A stretch of 20,346 nt of DNA, from the NCBI GenBank assembly GCA_964647565.1, contig CAZYIM010000041.1, positions 1-20,346 of the forward strand. Reading direction: 5' to 3'. Positions 1-8,504 of this stretch are shown here, in pieces (the stretch's first letter is position 1; every line of letters begins with the position of its first letter). The DNA comes from an uncultured Methanosarcinales archaeon (GTDB taxonomy: Archaea; Nanobdellota; Nanobdellia; Woesearchaeales; CAZYIM01). A model generated the notes under the pieces. The model ran no database searches. It had not been told where the DNA came from and worked only from the letters and a program-made list of their open reading frames with translations. A program made the position numbers and the translations under genes.

Positions 1-748
1 CGAATACTGGCGTATATTTTTGGATGGTGAATTTTGTTTCAAGAATTATGTCACCTATATCTATTCCTCTGTGTACCCAGTCTTTATCTGCATGATTATC
101 TTTTGACCAATATAATTCTCCTCCATCAAATGTTCCTCTAATTGTTCTTTTAATGTTTTGATTATCATTATTTTCAAGAAGAGTTTTTTCTTTTTCAGGG
201 GAATAATCTTTTGCATCTATTTCGATAATATTTCCAACATCTATCTTGAGATCAGGTACAAGATCGTAAAGATTAACAACATAATTAAAATCTCTCGGAA
301 ACCAAAGATTTACATATTTTTCATTCTCATCAGATTTATCATTTATAAAAAATTTAAGTGCATAATCAGGACTAGGAAGTGTAATGTGATTTTTCCTCAT
401 TTTTTTCAATATATTCACAATTTCCATATTATTTTCAATTTGTATAAAATCATTCAGGTATGTCATTCCTAAGTACTTAGATTTGATTAAAGCAAGGTTG
501 GTATAATCATTAACCTGCGTTTCTTTCCAACCAGGTGTTTTCTCTTTGATTGTTTTCCTGAGGTCATTTGCTTTTTCAGAGTTGGGTCTGTTCGTCAGGA
601 TTTCACTGCCATCCTCCATTTCAGTATATTCATCTACATCCCATAATGAGATATAGTAGAAATTTCTTTTCATCTTTTTGAACTCTTTATTTCCTGTGAT
701 TCGCTCACTATTAAGAAATTTTTTTATTGTCTTCTGCCAATTCGTCAT
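1..748 (-). CDS. Array A paralog 6 (partial, runs off left edge), hypothetical protein
   Basis: Not in the ORF track; translated by hand. ATG at 748 overlaps the upstream TGA (ATGA). Open to the window edge: MTNWQKTIKKFLNSERI...RPNSEKA...VNDYTNLALIK...FDGG...KYTPVF, the same motifs as the other array A members. Confidence 0.9.
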   Translation of the reverse strand, partial: MTNWQKTIKKFLNSERITGNKEFKKMKRNFYYISLWDVDEYTEMEDGSEILTNRPNSEKANDLRKTIKEKTPGWKETQVNDYTNLALIKSKYLGMTYLNDFIQIENNMEIVNILKKMRKNHITLPSPDYALKFFINDKSDENEKYVNLWFPRDFNYVVNLYDLVPDLKIDVGNIIEIDAKDYSPEKEKTLLENNDNQNIKRTIRGTFDGGELYWSKDNHADKDWVHRGIDIGDIILETKFTIQKYTPVF

Positions 749-1503
749 TTTGCTTCCTCTTTGAAATCAATCTTCAGCTTGTCAAGAACCTGCTCGAGCT
801 GAGGTGTGTGTTTGTAGGCTATTATCTGTGTATTCATTTCCATCTTAGCATATTTATTCTGATGTACTTTGCCGCCGTCAAAATCACCAAGAACCCTCCT
901 GAACACCTTGTCTGCTATATTCTGGCTAAATTCATTTTCAATGGTCTGCCAGTCATATTCAGTGGCAAGCATGGTCTTATTGGCAGAATATACACACTCG
1001 ACCTTAAGTTCAGGAACCAGCTCTTTAAGCAATAAAACCTCATCAAATGTCTTGTTTACACAGATCTCTACATATTTTCTATCATCTTCTCCCATGGGAT
1101 CTACATTGAATTCAATCGTATAATCATCAGTCTCTTTGAATGCATGATGCTGTCCCCATGATCCTTGCGTCCATTGCTTATCGCCTTTTTTTGGCAGTTC
1201 ACGATTTTCAAAACTTAAATGTTCAAACTTTAGGAATGCCAGGTTGACATAGTCATCCACCTTGTCTAATTTTAAATCCCAACGATGGATGTCAGTCTCT
1301 AATTTGTTTCTTATCTCTTCCATCACTTTCTTGGATTCATATGAATTAGGTTTCCTGACTAGCTGCTTGGCCAAGTCAGTATGCATCTCTGCTCTTGATA
1401 ATACGACCTTCAAGAAATCTTGCTTTCTCTTCCTAAAAGCAAACCAGTTCTCCATCCTTTCTCCGTCTAAAAACTTCTTGATATATAGCTTCCAATCAGT
1501 CAT
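745..1503 (-). CDS. Array A paralog 5, hypothetical protein (252 aa)
   Basis: ORF with family motifs DWxxxIKKFL, FRKRK, KPNS, VNL, FDGG and HTP. A GGTGA RBS lies inside the end of the upstream gene. Confidence 0.9.
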   Translation of the reverse strand: MTDWKLYIKKFLDGERMENWFAFRKRKQDFLKVVLSRAEMHTDLAKQLVRKPNSYESKKVMEEIRNKLETDIHRWDLKLDKVDDYVNLAFLKFEHLSFENRELPKKGDKQWTQGSWGQHHAFKETDDYTIEFNVDPMGEDDRKYVEICVNKTFDEVLLLKELVPELKVECVYSANKTMLATEYDWQTIENEFSQNIADKVFRRVLGDFDGGKVHQNKYAKMEMNTQIIAYKHTPQLEQVLDKLKIDFKEEAK

Positions 1504-2236
1504 CTTGTTTCACCGTCTGTACCAGGTTTATATCGAGTTTATTTACAATTGTATCGAGAAAGGGGTGGTATTTGGTTATAATCATGTTGAAACTGAACCT
1601 GTTGGATTCTGTTGTAGGATATTGCTTGAAAGATATTCCATCACACTCATATTTAAGCTGCCTTTCTATCTGTCCGGGGACTGCATCTGAAATCACCTTG
1701 TTTACTGCCGCAGGATCATATCCTTGTGCGTCTGATGCATCGTTATAGCTGAAATGGGAAAGGATTTTCATCTTTGGGAAAAAGTCTTTGTTTTCAAAAA
1801 CCTTCTCAAAGGTGGTCTTGGCACTTATCTCAACCTTTCTTGGATTATCTTCGTGGTTGATATAGAAGCTGACCACAAAGTCCTCAACAGTGCTATAGAA
1901 ATGTGTTTGAAATGTTTGTGCACAATCATAACGCTTGTTTCCCATAAGTTCATGATCCATATAGTCCATGTTGGCAAATCCAGTTAAATCTTTGAATGCA
2001 TGTTTTCTTTGTTGGTCGGTCCTGCCCTGCAGATTCAAATTATGTGTTGCCATCAGATTCTGGGAGTTGGCCTTGTTTGGCTTAGTGACCAGCATCTTAG
2101 CATTCTTCGGATCCATACCTACATACTTCAAGGTTTCTTCAACAAGCATTATTTTCCTTTTCCTGAAAGCAAAATAGCCTTCCATACGTTCATTCTTCAA
2201 GAATTTCTTTATTATCGGATACCAGTCTATTTCCAT
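1496..2236 (-). CDS. Array A paralog 4, hypothetical protein (~246 aa)
   Basis: Family motifs DWYPIIKKFL, FRKRK, KPN, NMDY and KYHP. Start moved from GTG 2245 to ATG 2236 because AGGTGA at the upstream stop is the RBS. Confidence 0.9.
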   Translation of the reverse strand: MEIDWYPIIKKFLKNERMEGYFAFRKRKIMLVEETLKYVGMDPKNAKMLVTKPNKANSQNLMATHNLNLQGRTDQQRKHAFKDLTGFANMDYMDHELMGNKRYDCAQTFQTHFYSTVEDFVVSFYINHEDNPRKVEISAKTTFEKVFENKDFFPKMKILSHFSYNDASDAQGYDPAAVNKVISDAVPGQIERQLKYECDGISFKQYPTTESNRFSFNMIITKYHPFLDTIVNKLDINLVQTVKQDD

Positions 2237-2241
2237 ATTAA

Positions 2242-3000
2242 TCACCTTAGCTCCCTAAGATCTATTTCTAATCTTGAAAACATCTCATCTATCCTTGGCG
2301 TATACTTAGTAAGATTTATTTCGAGATTATGCATAACATCTGGTTCATAATCCAAAGTATCATCATCAGAACTATTTATAACTGGAATTGAGACATTGCT
2401 ATAGTCGATTGAACCGCCCTCGAAATTATAGTCAATAGTTTCTGCACCAAGATGTTCTACAACATTCACTTTACCATCGAGAATTGCTTGCCTATCATAT
2501 CCCTCTAATGAGAATTTTTCTTTAAAGGACATTGCCATCTCGACTTGTATATCTGGGAAAGCATCTGCAAGCTTTTTCATCTGATCAAATGTTCTTGTGG
2601 TCTTTAGCTCAATTTGATGCCTGTTCACTCCCTTAAAATTATATACTGAGAAGGTCATGATATATTCATCATTTGCAAACTCGACCTCATTTCCAATGTG
2701 TTCTACTTCTCCATCCTGAAACTCCCTATAGAGATAATCTATATTGGTCAGTGCATTTATTGAGTCAAAAGCGTTTGTGAAATACGAGGGTTTAGCCCCT
2801 GTTTTTTCCTTGAATTTCTCAATTAATCCAACTGATTTGGCTGATCGCGGAGAATAAGCTAAAATAAATGAATGTTTCTTATCCATTTCAACTTCCTCAA
2901 GCAGATATTCGACAACCTGCTTTCGTCTCTTCATATGAGAAAACCAGCTTTCAATCTTCTTATCATTTAAAAAAATCTTAATTATATCATCCCATTCCAT
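2242..3000 (-). CDS. Array A paralog 3, hypothetical protein (252 aa)
   Basis: Motifs WDDIIKIFL, KRRK, TNIDY, FEGG and KYTP. G-rich RBS upstream. Confidence 0.9.
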   Translation of the reverse strand: MEWDDIIKIFLNDKKIESWFSHMKRRKQVVEYLLEEVEMDKKHSFILAYSPRSAKSVGLIEKFKEKTGAKPSYFTNAFDSINALTNIDYLYREFQDGEVEHIGNEVEFANDEYIMTFSVYNFKGVNRHQIELKTTRTFDQMKKLADAFPDIQVEMAMSFKEKFSLEGYDRQAILDGKVNVVEHLGAETIDYNFEGGSIDYSNVSIPVINSSDDDTLDYEPDVMHNLEINLTKYTPRIDEMFSRLEIDLRELR

Positions 3001-3014
3001 TGATTACCCCCCTT

Positions 3015-3740
3015 CTATAATTCGATTCTTTTCAAGATCTCCTCTACAACAGGAGTATATTCTCTAAAATGTAAACTAAGTTCATTATTACCTTTTTGAT
3101 GATTATTATATACTAATGAAAAACCTTCCCCCTCATGATTAATAGATCCTAAAGTCCTCTCATCAAGATCAGCCTTAATTAGTTTTCGAACAACCTCAGG
3201 ATCATACCCTTTGGCATCATATGTATCATCGTGATTATATATTACTCTGACCTTCATATTAGGTATAAATTCAGCCAACTGTGTTGCTTCCTCCATTGTC
3301 CTATTGATATTCAGATTGACATATTTACCAAGGAGCTTATCAAATACTGCCAGGCCCAAATCAAGTTGATAATTATTCGTTTCTTTTTCAGTTGCCCAAA
3401 TAGTTTCATCAAAAACAGTATTATTTTGCTTTGATTCGTATCCAAACATCTCATGATGCATATAGTCGATGTTAACCAGTGCGGTTATATTATCTATGGC
3501 TTGTATATCTCTTGTTTGAAATCCTGAGTCCCAATTACTTAGATATTGATCAAACACTTTTTTTGCCTTAGCAAAATTAGAAAGGAAAGTTGCATTGAAC
3601 AGATCCTGTTTTGTATAATCTACGCCTGCACCATCCAACAAAATTCTTACAACCTTCTGTTTTCTCTTCTGGAAGTCTGCCCATCCATCAATCTTTTTAT
3701 CCTCTAGAAAATTCTTTATAGCTTTCTTTAAATCAGTCAT
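3015..3740 (-). CDS. Array A paralog 2, hypothetical protein (241 aa)
   Basis: Motifs IKNFLEDKK, FQKRK, VNIDY and EYTP. ATGA overlap with the upstream paralog. Confidence 0.9.
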   Translation of the reverse strand: MTDLKKAIKNFLEDKKIDGWADFQKRKQKVVRILLDGAGVDYTKQDLFNATFLSNFAKAKKVFDQYLSNWDSGFQTRDIQAIDNITALVNIDYMHHEMFGYESKQNNTVFDETIWATEKETNNYQLDLGLAVFDKLLGKYVNLNINRTMEEATQLAEFIPNMKVRVIYNHDDTYDAKGYDPEVVRKLIKADLDERTLGSINHEGEGFSLVYNNHQKGNNELSLHFREYTPVVEEILKRIEL

Positions 3741-4459
3741 TTATTAGCACCTTGTAAATTAATTCCCAGCTGAGTAATCACTTGTTCAGCTTCGGGAGTG
3801 AACCTGTGGAGAGTTAGAAATAAATCTTGTCCCTGTGTATGGAAGTTATCATACTCAACTTTGCCTCCATCGAATTGTAGATCGAATTTATACGAAATCT
3901 TTCCAGGTATAGAATTTTTCATAGTTTCTGTTGCACCTTCAAGATCTGTTTTGGCAGGATTCCATTCAATTTCATTCTTAAAATAAGATGTGATTTTGAT
4001 ATCATCATATATCTCGCCCAGCATTACAGCATCTTCTATCTTGCAAGGCATTCGTAAATATACGCGTTTGGGGAAATCATCACATACCAAGGCAAATTCA
4101 AGAGATATTATGTCATTAATTCTTCCTTTTGTACCATCCACGTAGGTCGGGTCTTTTCCTTGTTCTGTAACGAGCAGGGCCTGTATATAATCGATATTGG
4201 TAGCGCTGTTAAGATTATCCACTCTTGGGATTAATTTATGGTCTGGTTTCTTCCTGACTTTCTCTTTTATATTCTCTCTTAACTTCTCAGTTATTCTGCT
4301 GTTGGAAAAGTATGTCAATTTCAATACGCCTTCTTTTGGCATATCCAGAGTCTCAAACAAGTTATTAATAACTTTCTTCTTCCTTTTATAGAAATCTTTC
4401 CTTGACTCTAGCTTCTCATCTAAGAGAAATTTTTCAATAATATCCGACCAGTCCCGCAT
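3737..4459 (-). CDS. Array A paralog 1, hypothetical protein (240 aa)
   Basis: Motifs DWSDIIEKFL, FYKRK, TNIDY, FDGG and RFTP. First gene of the operon, with a TATA box ~25 nt upstream. Confidence 0.9.
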   Translation of the reverse strand: MRDWSDIIEKFLLDEKLESRKDFYKRKKKVINNLFETLDMPKEGVLKLTYFSNSRITEKLRENIKEKVRKKPDHKLIPRVDNLNSATNIDYIQALLVTEQGKDPTYVDGTKGRINDIISLEFALVCDDFPKRVYLRMPCKIEDAVMLGEIYDDIKITSYFKNEIEWNPAKTDLEGATETMKNSIPGKISYKFDLQFDGGKVEYDNFHTQGQDLFLTLHRFTPEAEQVITQLGINLQGANK

Positions 4460-4483
4460 TTTCTAGTCGTAAATCGAACTAAC

Positions 4484-4498
4484 TTTATATACTTTTTC
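4484..4498 (-). promoter_or_regulatory. Archaeal BRE/TATA promoter of the array A operon
   Basis: Minus strand reads GAAAAAG-TATATAAA, ending ~25 nt before ATG 4459. Confidence 0.6.
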
Positions 4499-4515
4499 AT
4501 TGAAAAGTAGTAATA

Positions 4516-4523
4516 TTTAAATA
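4516..4523 (+). promoter_or_regulatory. TATA box for 4546..5760
   Basis: TTTAAATA ending ~23 nt before ATG 4546; divergent from the array A promoter. Confidence 0.5.
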
Positions 4524-4545
4524 ATTGTTTGGAATTTCATAAGTC

Positions 4546-5760
4546 ATGAATATAAATAAGAAAACAAAGATATTATTAACGTCTTTAATAGTTCTTGGCA
4601 TAGGTATATACAGAACATATGATGTTAATTTTGTCAAGCCTTTAAATCAAATCGAACAGAAAGTCAACACAGTATTTACAGATTTAGATGTTTCTTATAT
4701 AGGGCGCTATAAATTTACAGGAGACACACTCAAATTTCATCCAAATCGTTATATAAGTAAGCCAATTAATGAAATATACAGAGAGGGAATATCTGAAATA
4801 AATGATGTTAAAATGCCATTGTTTACAGATGATAGTCTTAAACGAATTCAGCTTAAAGATGATTTGTTTGAAAACCTTGCTAAATATCTAGAAAATAAAG
4901 CTCTAGATCCCTTTTTCCAAGAGAGAATTAATGACAACGACATCCGAAGAATAGGGGCTATTTTAGATACATTCTCAACAAAATTTGCAGTTGATTCTAG
5001 GAAAATTTACAATTTGAAGGTAAAACTGCTTGAAAAAGAAATCCGATACATTCGTCCTGGTTCTGATGCTTACAGGTCTTCTGAATTCACTCGATTTACT
5101 AATATTTATTCGCGACCCCATTTTGAGAAAAGAATAGGATCTATCTTAGAAAATTTCAATAAGCTTAGATCCATTGATAATTATTCGTTACCTAACACCC
5201 TTGATTCGCTTGCGATAGAACAGAGTTCTAAATTGCTTACAAAAGTGATAAAAAATAATCTAATGCATTTCAACTCAAATTACAGGATGTTGGATAGATA
5301 TGCAACTGGCATTGAGAAAATACTACAAAGAGAGAGTCCTCCGGGTCTTCCTTTTTCATTGCATTTGATAAGTGATGCTAAATACCTACAAAAATACCTG
5401 TATGGTCGGAGAACTGCTTTAGCTAAAATAGAGATTGCTTTTGCATATTCTGAGTTTATGGGTGCGCCTTTGGACACAAGTTTGACATTGGAAGATCCTC
5501 TTTTTAAAACAATTTTCAAAAAATCCACGAGCATGGATTTAAGAGAGCGTATTGATAACGCACATACTGCATGGCATAGTTCTGAACTATTTCTTTATCC
5601 ATTTACTTATATCCTTGGAGAAAGACCAGGATTTCAAGAATATTTTGATATTTTGCCATATGATGAACAGATTTTTAGGAATAATATAGACTCAATCAAA
5701 ATTCAACTCAAACAGCAATTTAGCAAACAACAATTTGTTAAAAAGACTGAAATTGAATGA
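4546..5760 (+). CDS. Hypothetical membrane-anchored or secreted protein (404 aa)
   Basis: Long ORF with a basic N-terminus followed by hydrophobic ILLTSLIVLGIGIY. No catalytic motif recognised. Confidence 0.8.
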   Translation: MNINKKTKILLTSLIVLGIGIYRTYDVNFVKPLNQIEQKVNTVFTDLDVSYIGRYKFTGDTLKFHPNRYISKPINEIYREGISEINDVKMPLFTDDSLKRIQLKDDLFENLAKYLENKALDPFFQERINDNDIRRIGAILDTFSTKFAVDSRKIYNLKVKLLEKEIRYIRPGSDAYRSSEFTRFTNIYSRPHFEKRIGSILENFNKLRSIDNYSLPNTLDSLAIEQSSKLLTKVIKNNLMHFNSNYRMLDRYATGIEKILQRESPPGLPFSLHLISDAKYLQKYLYGRRTALAKIEIAFAYSEFMGAPLDTSLTLEDPLFKTIFKKSTSMDLRERIDNAHTAWHSSELFLYPFTYILGERPGFQEYFDILPYDEQIFRNNIDSIKIQLKQQFSKQQFVKKTEIE

Positions 5761-5848
5761 TTTCTTAAACAAACTGTTTATCAGAGTTGAAAAAGAAATC
5801 TATGATTATAACGGTCATCTATTAGGTTCTGGCGGATAATACTTAAGA

Positions 5849-5862
5849 GAAAACTTTTTATA
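5849..5862 (+). promoter_or_regulatory. BRE/TATA promoter of gltX
   Basis: GAAAAC-TTTTTATA ending ~24 nt before ATG 5886. Confidence 0.55.
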
Positions 5863-5885
5863 TGTTCTATTCAATCAATCTTATT

Positions 5886-7580
5886 ATGTCAATTGAAAAA
5901 ACAATAGAGAAACTAGCACTTAAAAACGCTGTCAAGTATGATGGCAAGGCCAATCCTAATGCAATCATAGGCGGGGTCCTTGGAGCGCATCCTGAGGCCA
6001 GGAAGGATGTAGACAAGATCAGGCCTTTAATCCAGAAAATTGTGGACAAGATCAACAAGCTTTCCCTTAAAGATCAAGAAACTCTCTTAAACAAGATAGA
6101 GCCTAGAAAGGAAAACATTGTCAAGTCCAAGGAAAAGCTGCTCAAAGACATGGATAATGCCAAAAAAGGGAAAGTTATCATGAGATTTGAGCCAAGCCCA
6201 AGCGGACCCATGCATATAGGCCATTCTTACTCATTATCATTAAATTTAGAACTTGCAAAGAAATACGCTGGAAAACTTATCTTGCGAATCTCAGATACCA
6301 ATCCAGAGAATATCTATCCGCCTGCATATGAACAATTGCCTAAGGATGCAGACTGGCTAACCAATAACAGCATTTCAGAGGTGATGGTCCAATCAGATCG
6401 CTTGGAGCTTTACTATAGCTATGCAGAAACCCTCTTAAAAAAGGGCAATGCATACATCTGCAACTGCGATCCAGAATCATATAAAGCTTTAATAACCAAA
6501 TGCAAGCCATGTCCCTGCAGAAACCTTTCTCCTGATGAGCAATTAGGAAGATGGCAGCATATGCTTTCAGACTGGAAAGCTGGCGATGCAGTGATGCGCA
6601 TAAAGACAGATATCACACATAAGAATCCTGCTATGAGGGACTGGCCTGCGATGCGAATCAATACATCTAAACATCCAAGGCAAGGCACCAAGTACAGAGT
6701 CTGGCCATTGATGAACTTTTCAGTCAGCGTAGATGACATGGAATCAGGAATGACCCATATTTTAAGAGCTAAAGACCATGCTGACAATGCATTGAGGCAG
6801 GAATGGATGTATAAATACTTCAATAAACCAATTCCAGAAACCTTGTTTGTTGGACTTATCAACTTTTTAGGCCTAAGACTAAGCACATCCGAGACAAGAA
6901 AGAGAATTGATGCAAAGGAGTTCAATGGCTGGGAAGATATAAGGCTTCCTTACCTTCAAGCCCTGAGAAGGAGAGGCTACAAGCCAGATGCATTCATTAA
7001 ATATGCTTTATCAGTGGGCGTTACAAAAAACGATAAAAGCGTAGATATCAAAGAGTTCTTCAAACAGATCAATGCTTTTAACAAGGATGTAATAGAGCCA
7101 ATATCCAACAGGTACTTTTTTGTTGAAAATCCTGTGAAGATAACCATTAAAGGAGCACCTAAACTAAAGGTAAAAATGGAACTTCATCCAGATTTCCCTA
7201 AAAGGGGAAAAAGACTCTTCCATACAGATGCAGAGTTCTATGTAGCAAAGCAGGATTATGAATCATTTAAGGATTGTGAGATGATAAGATTAATGGACTG
7301 CCTGAATTTCAAGAAAGAAAAAGACAAATTCATATTCATTAGCACAGACTACGAGGAATATAAGCAAAAGGGCAAGAAAATCATTCATTGGCTGCCTAAG
7401 AACAGCAACCTAATAAAAGTTAAGCTCTTAATGCCTGACAACAAGAGAGTAGAAGGTCTCGGTGAAGAAAAGATCAAAGAACTCTCTTTTGATGCTGTAG
7501 TACAACTGGAACGGGTGGGCTTTTGTAGATTGGATTCATTGGATGAGAACAGCGTCACATTCTGGTACGGCCATAAATAG
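5886..7580 (+). CDS. gltX: Glutamate--tRNA ligase, archaeal type (~564 aa)
   Basis: RFEPSPSGPMHIGH (HIGH motif), LRISDTNP, THILRAKDH, LSTS (KMSKS equivalent), archaeal N-terminal ALKNAVKYDGKA and C-terminal VQLERVGFCR. Start placed at ATG 5886 because ATG 5862 overlaps the TATA box. Confidence 0.97.
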   Translation: MSIEKTIEKLALKNAVKYDGKANPNAIIGGVLGAHPEARKDVDKIRPLIQKIVDKINKLSLKDQETLLNKIEPRKENIVKSKEKLLKDMDNAKKGKVIMRFEPSPSGPMHIGHSYSLSLNLELAKKYAGKLILRISDTNPENIYPPAYEQLPKDADWLTNNSISEVMVQSDRLELYYSYAETLLKKGNAYICNCDPESYKALITKCKPCPCRNLSPDEQLGRWQHMLSDWKAGDAVMRIKTDITHKNPAMRDWPAMRINTSKHPRQGTKYRVWPLMNFSVSVDDMESGMTHILRAKDHADNALRQEWMYKYFNKPIPETLFVGLINFLGLRLSTSETRKRIDAKEFNGWEDIRLPYLQALRRRGYKPDAFIKYALSVGVTKNDKSVDIKEFFKQINAFNKDVIEPISNRYFFVENPVKITIKGAPKLKVKMELHPDFPKRGKRLFHTDAEFYVAKQDYESFKDCEMIRLMDCLNFKKEKDKFIFISTDYEEYKQKGKKIIHWLPKNSNLIKVKLLMPDNKRVEGLGEEKIKELSFDAVVQLERVGFCRLDSLDENSVTFWYGHK

Positions 7581-7916
7581 CTACCAAGGCTCAACTGCAA
7601 GCGCTTCTAGACCTGATTTCAATCCTTTATAGAGATCATTGTCCTTAAAACCAGTCAGTTCGATCTCAGCCATGAACGGGCCTGAAGGAATCAAGTAATA
7701 TTTGTAACTAATTGTGCCTTCACCCTCTATTTCATATTTCGCTCCCCTGGCTCCAAGCACACCACCCATCATGCTCTTTAGGTTGCCATGTTCCACAATA
7801 TGATCAATAAACTTAGCTTTATTTGTCTTTAAAACAGCTTTTATCTGTCGTTCATATTCCTCTGCAGCAAAAACATTGTCTGGATCATTTTCCTTCTTAA
7901 AATATAACTTTTCCAT
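7581..7916 (-). CDS. Hypothetical protein (~111 aa)
   Basis: ATG 7916 lies 25 nt after GAAAGG-TTTTTAT (7953-7941). Its stop abuts the gltX stop. Confidence 0.75.
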   Translation of the reverse strand: MEKLYFKKENDPDNVFAAEEYERQIKAVLKTNKAKFIDHIVEHGNLKSMMGGVLGARGAKYEIEGEGTISYKYYLIPSGPFMAEIELTGFKDNDLYKGLKSGLEALAVEPW

Positions 7917-7972
7917 AAGAATAAGGTAATTTTCCAAAACATAAAAACCTTTCTAAAAAAATTACCGCAATA

Positions 7973-8008
7973 TTTATAAAATAAGGACTAGATAAGATTA
8001 AAAGGTGA
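7973..8008 (+). promoter_or_regulatory. TATA box and Shine-Dalgarno of the histone gene
   Basis: TTTATAAA at 7973-7980 and AGGTGA at 8003-8008, before ATG 8013. Confidence 0.65.
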
Positions 8009-8012
8009 TATT

Positions 8013-8189
8013 ATGTCTTTAATAGTAAAGTCAAAAGTGAAGGAAATAGTGAAGGAGATTGCAGGAGAATTCAATGTGGCTGAAAAATTCGGGGATGCGC
8101 TGGATGCAAAAGCAAGAATTTTAGTATCTGATGCAATCAAGAGAGCCCAAGCCAATGGTAGAAAGACTCTGATGCCAAGGGATCTATAA
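8013..8189 (+). CDS. Small histone-fold protein, DUF1931-like / truncated-alpha3 type (58 aa)
   Basis: Below the ORF-track cutoff. Translation MSLIVKSKVKEIVKEIAGEFNVAEKFGDALDAKARILVSDAIKRAQANGRKTLMPRDL* carries the histone L2 motif RA-x-A-N-G-R-K-T-xxx-R-D-L and ends right after RDL. It has its own TATA box and SD. Confidence 0.9.
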   Translation: MSLIVKSKVKEIVKEIAGEFNVAEKFGDALDAKARILVSDAIKRAQANGRKTLMPRDL

Positions 8190-8504
8190 TTACTTTTTCA
8201 GCTTCCTTTTTTTAACAACCATCTTTTTCTTTGTTACCCTCTTTCGGGGTGTTATCTTCTGAAGATAGTTCTCATCCAGATGTTGTTTTAGGGCCTGTAG
8301 CTTGGCAACAATAATCTCTTCTTGTTCCTCGCCTATCTCTTTCTTCTTGACTAAATCTTCATAGACATTTTCAAGGTGAGTAAGTTCAGATTCCATGACT
8401 TTGACCTTAGATCTTACTTGTGTATGTCTTATTGGTTCTCTTGCCTTATCCCTGCAACTTATACAACAGGCAATATAGAAATCCTTAAGCAGGGAAAGCC
8501 TCAT
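8190..8504 (-). CDS. Hypothetical coiled-coil protein with Lys/Arg-rich tail (104 aa)
   Basis: ATGA overlap with the upstream gene; helical middle section; tail RKRVTKKKMVVKKRKLKK. Confidence 0.7.
   Translation of the reverse strand: MRLSLLKDFYIACCISCRDKAREPIRHTQVRSKVKVMESELTHLENVYEDLVKKKEIGEEQEEIIVAKLQALKQHLDENYLQKITPRKRVTKKKMVVKKRKLKK

Noticed and set aside
158..4391. Plus-strand ORFs over array A
   Set aside because: They are antisense to well-supported paralogous genes and show no motifs or RBS.
5761..5848. tRNA or ncRNA in the intergenic gap upstream of gltX
   Set aside because: No cloverleaf, T-loop motif or stable stem is visible.
5867..7600. Minus-strand ORFs inside gltX
   Set aside because: They are antisense to a conserved essential gene.
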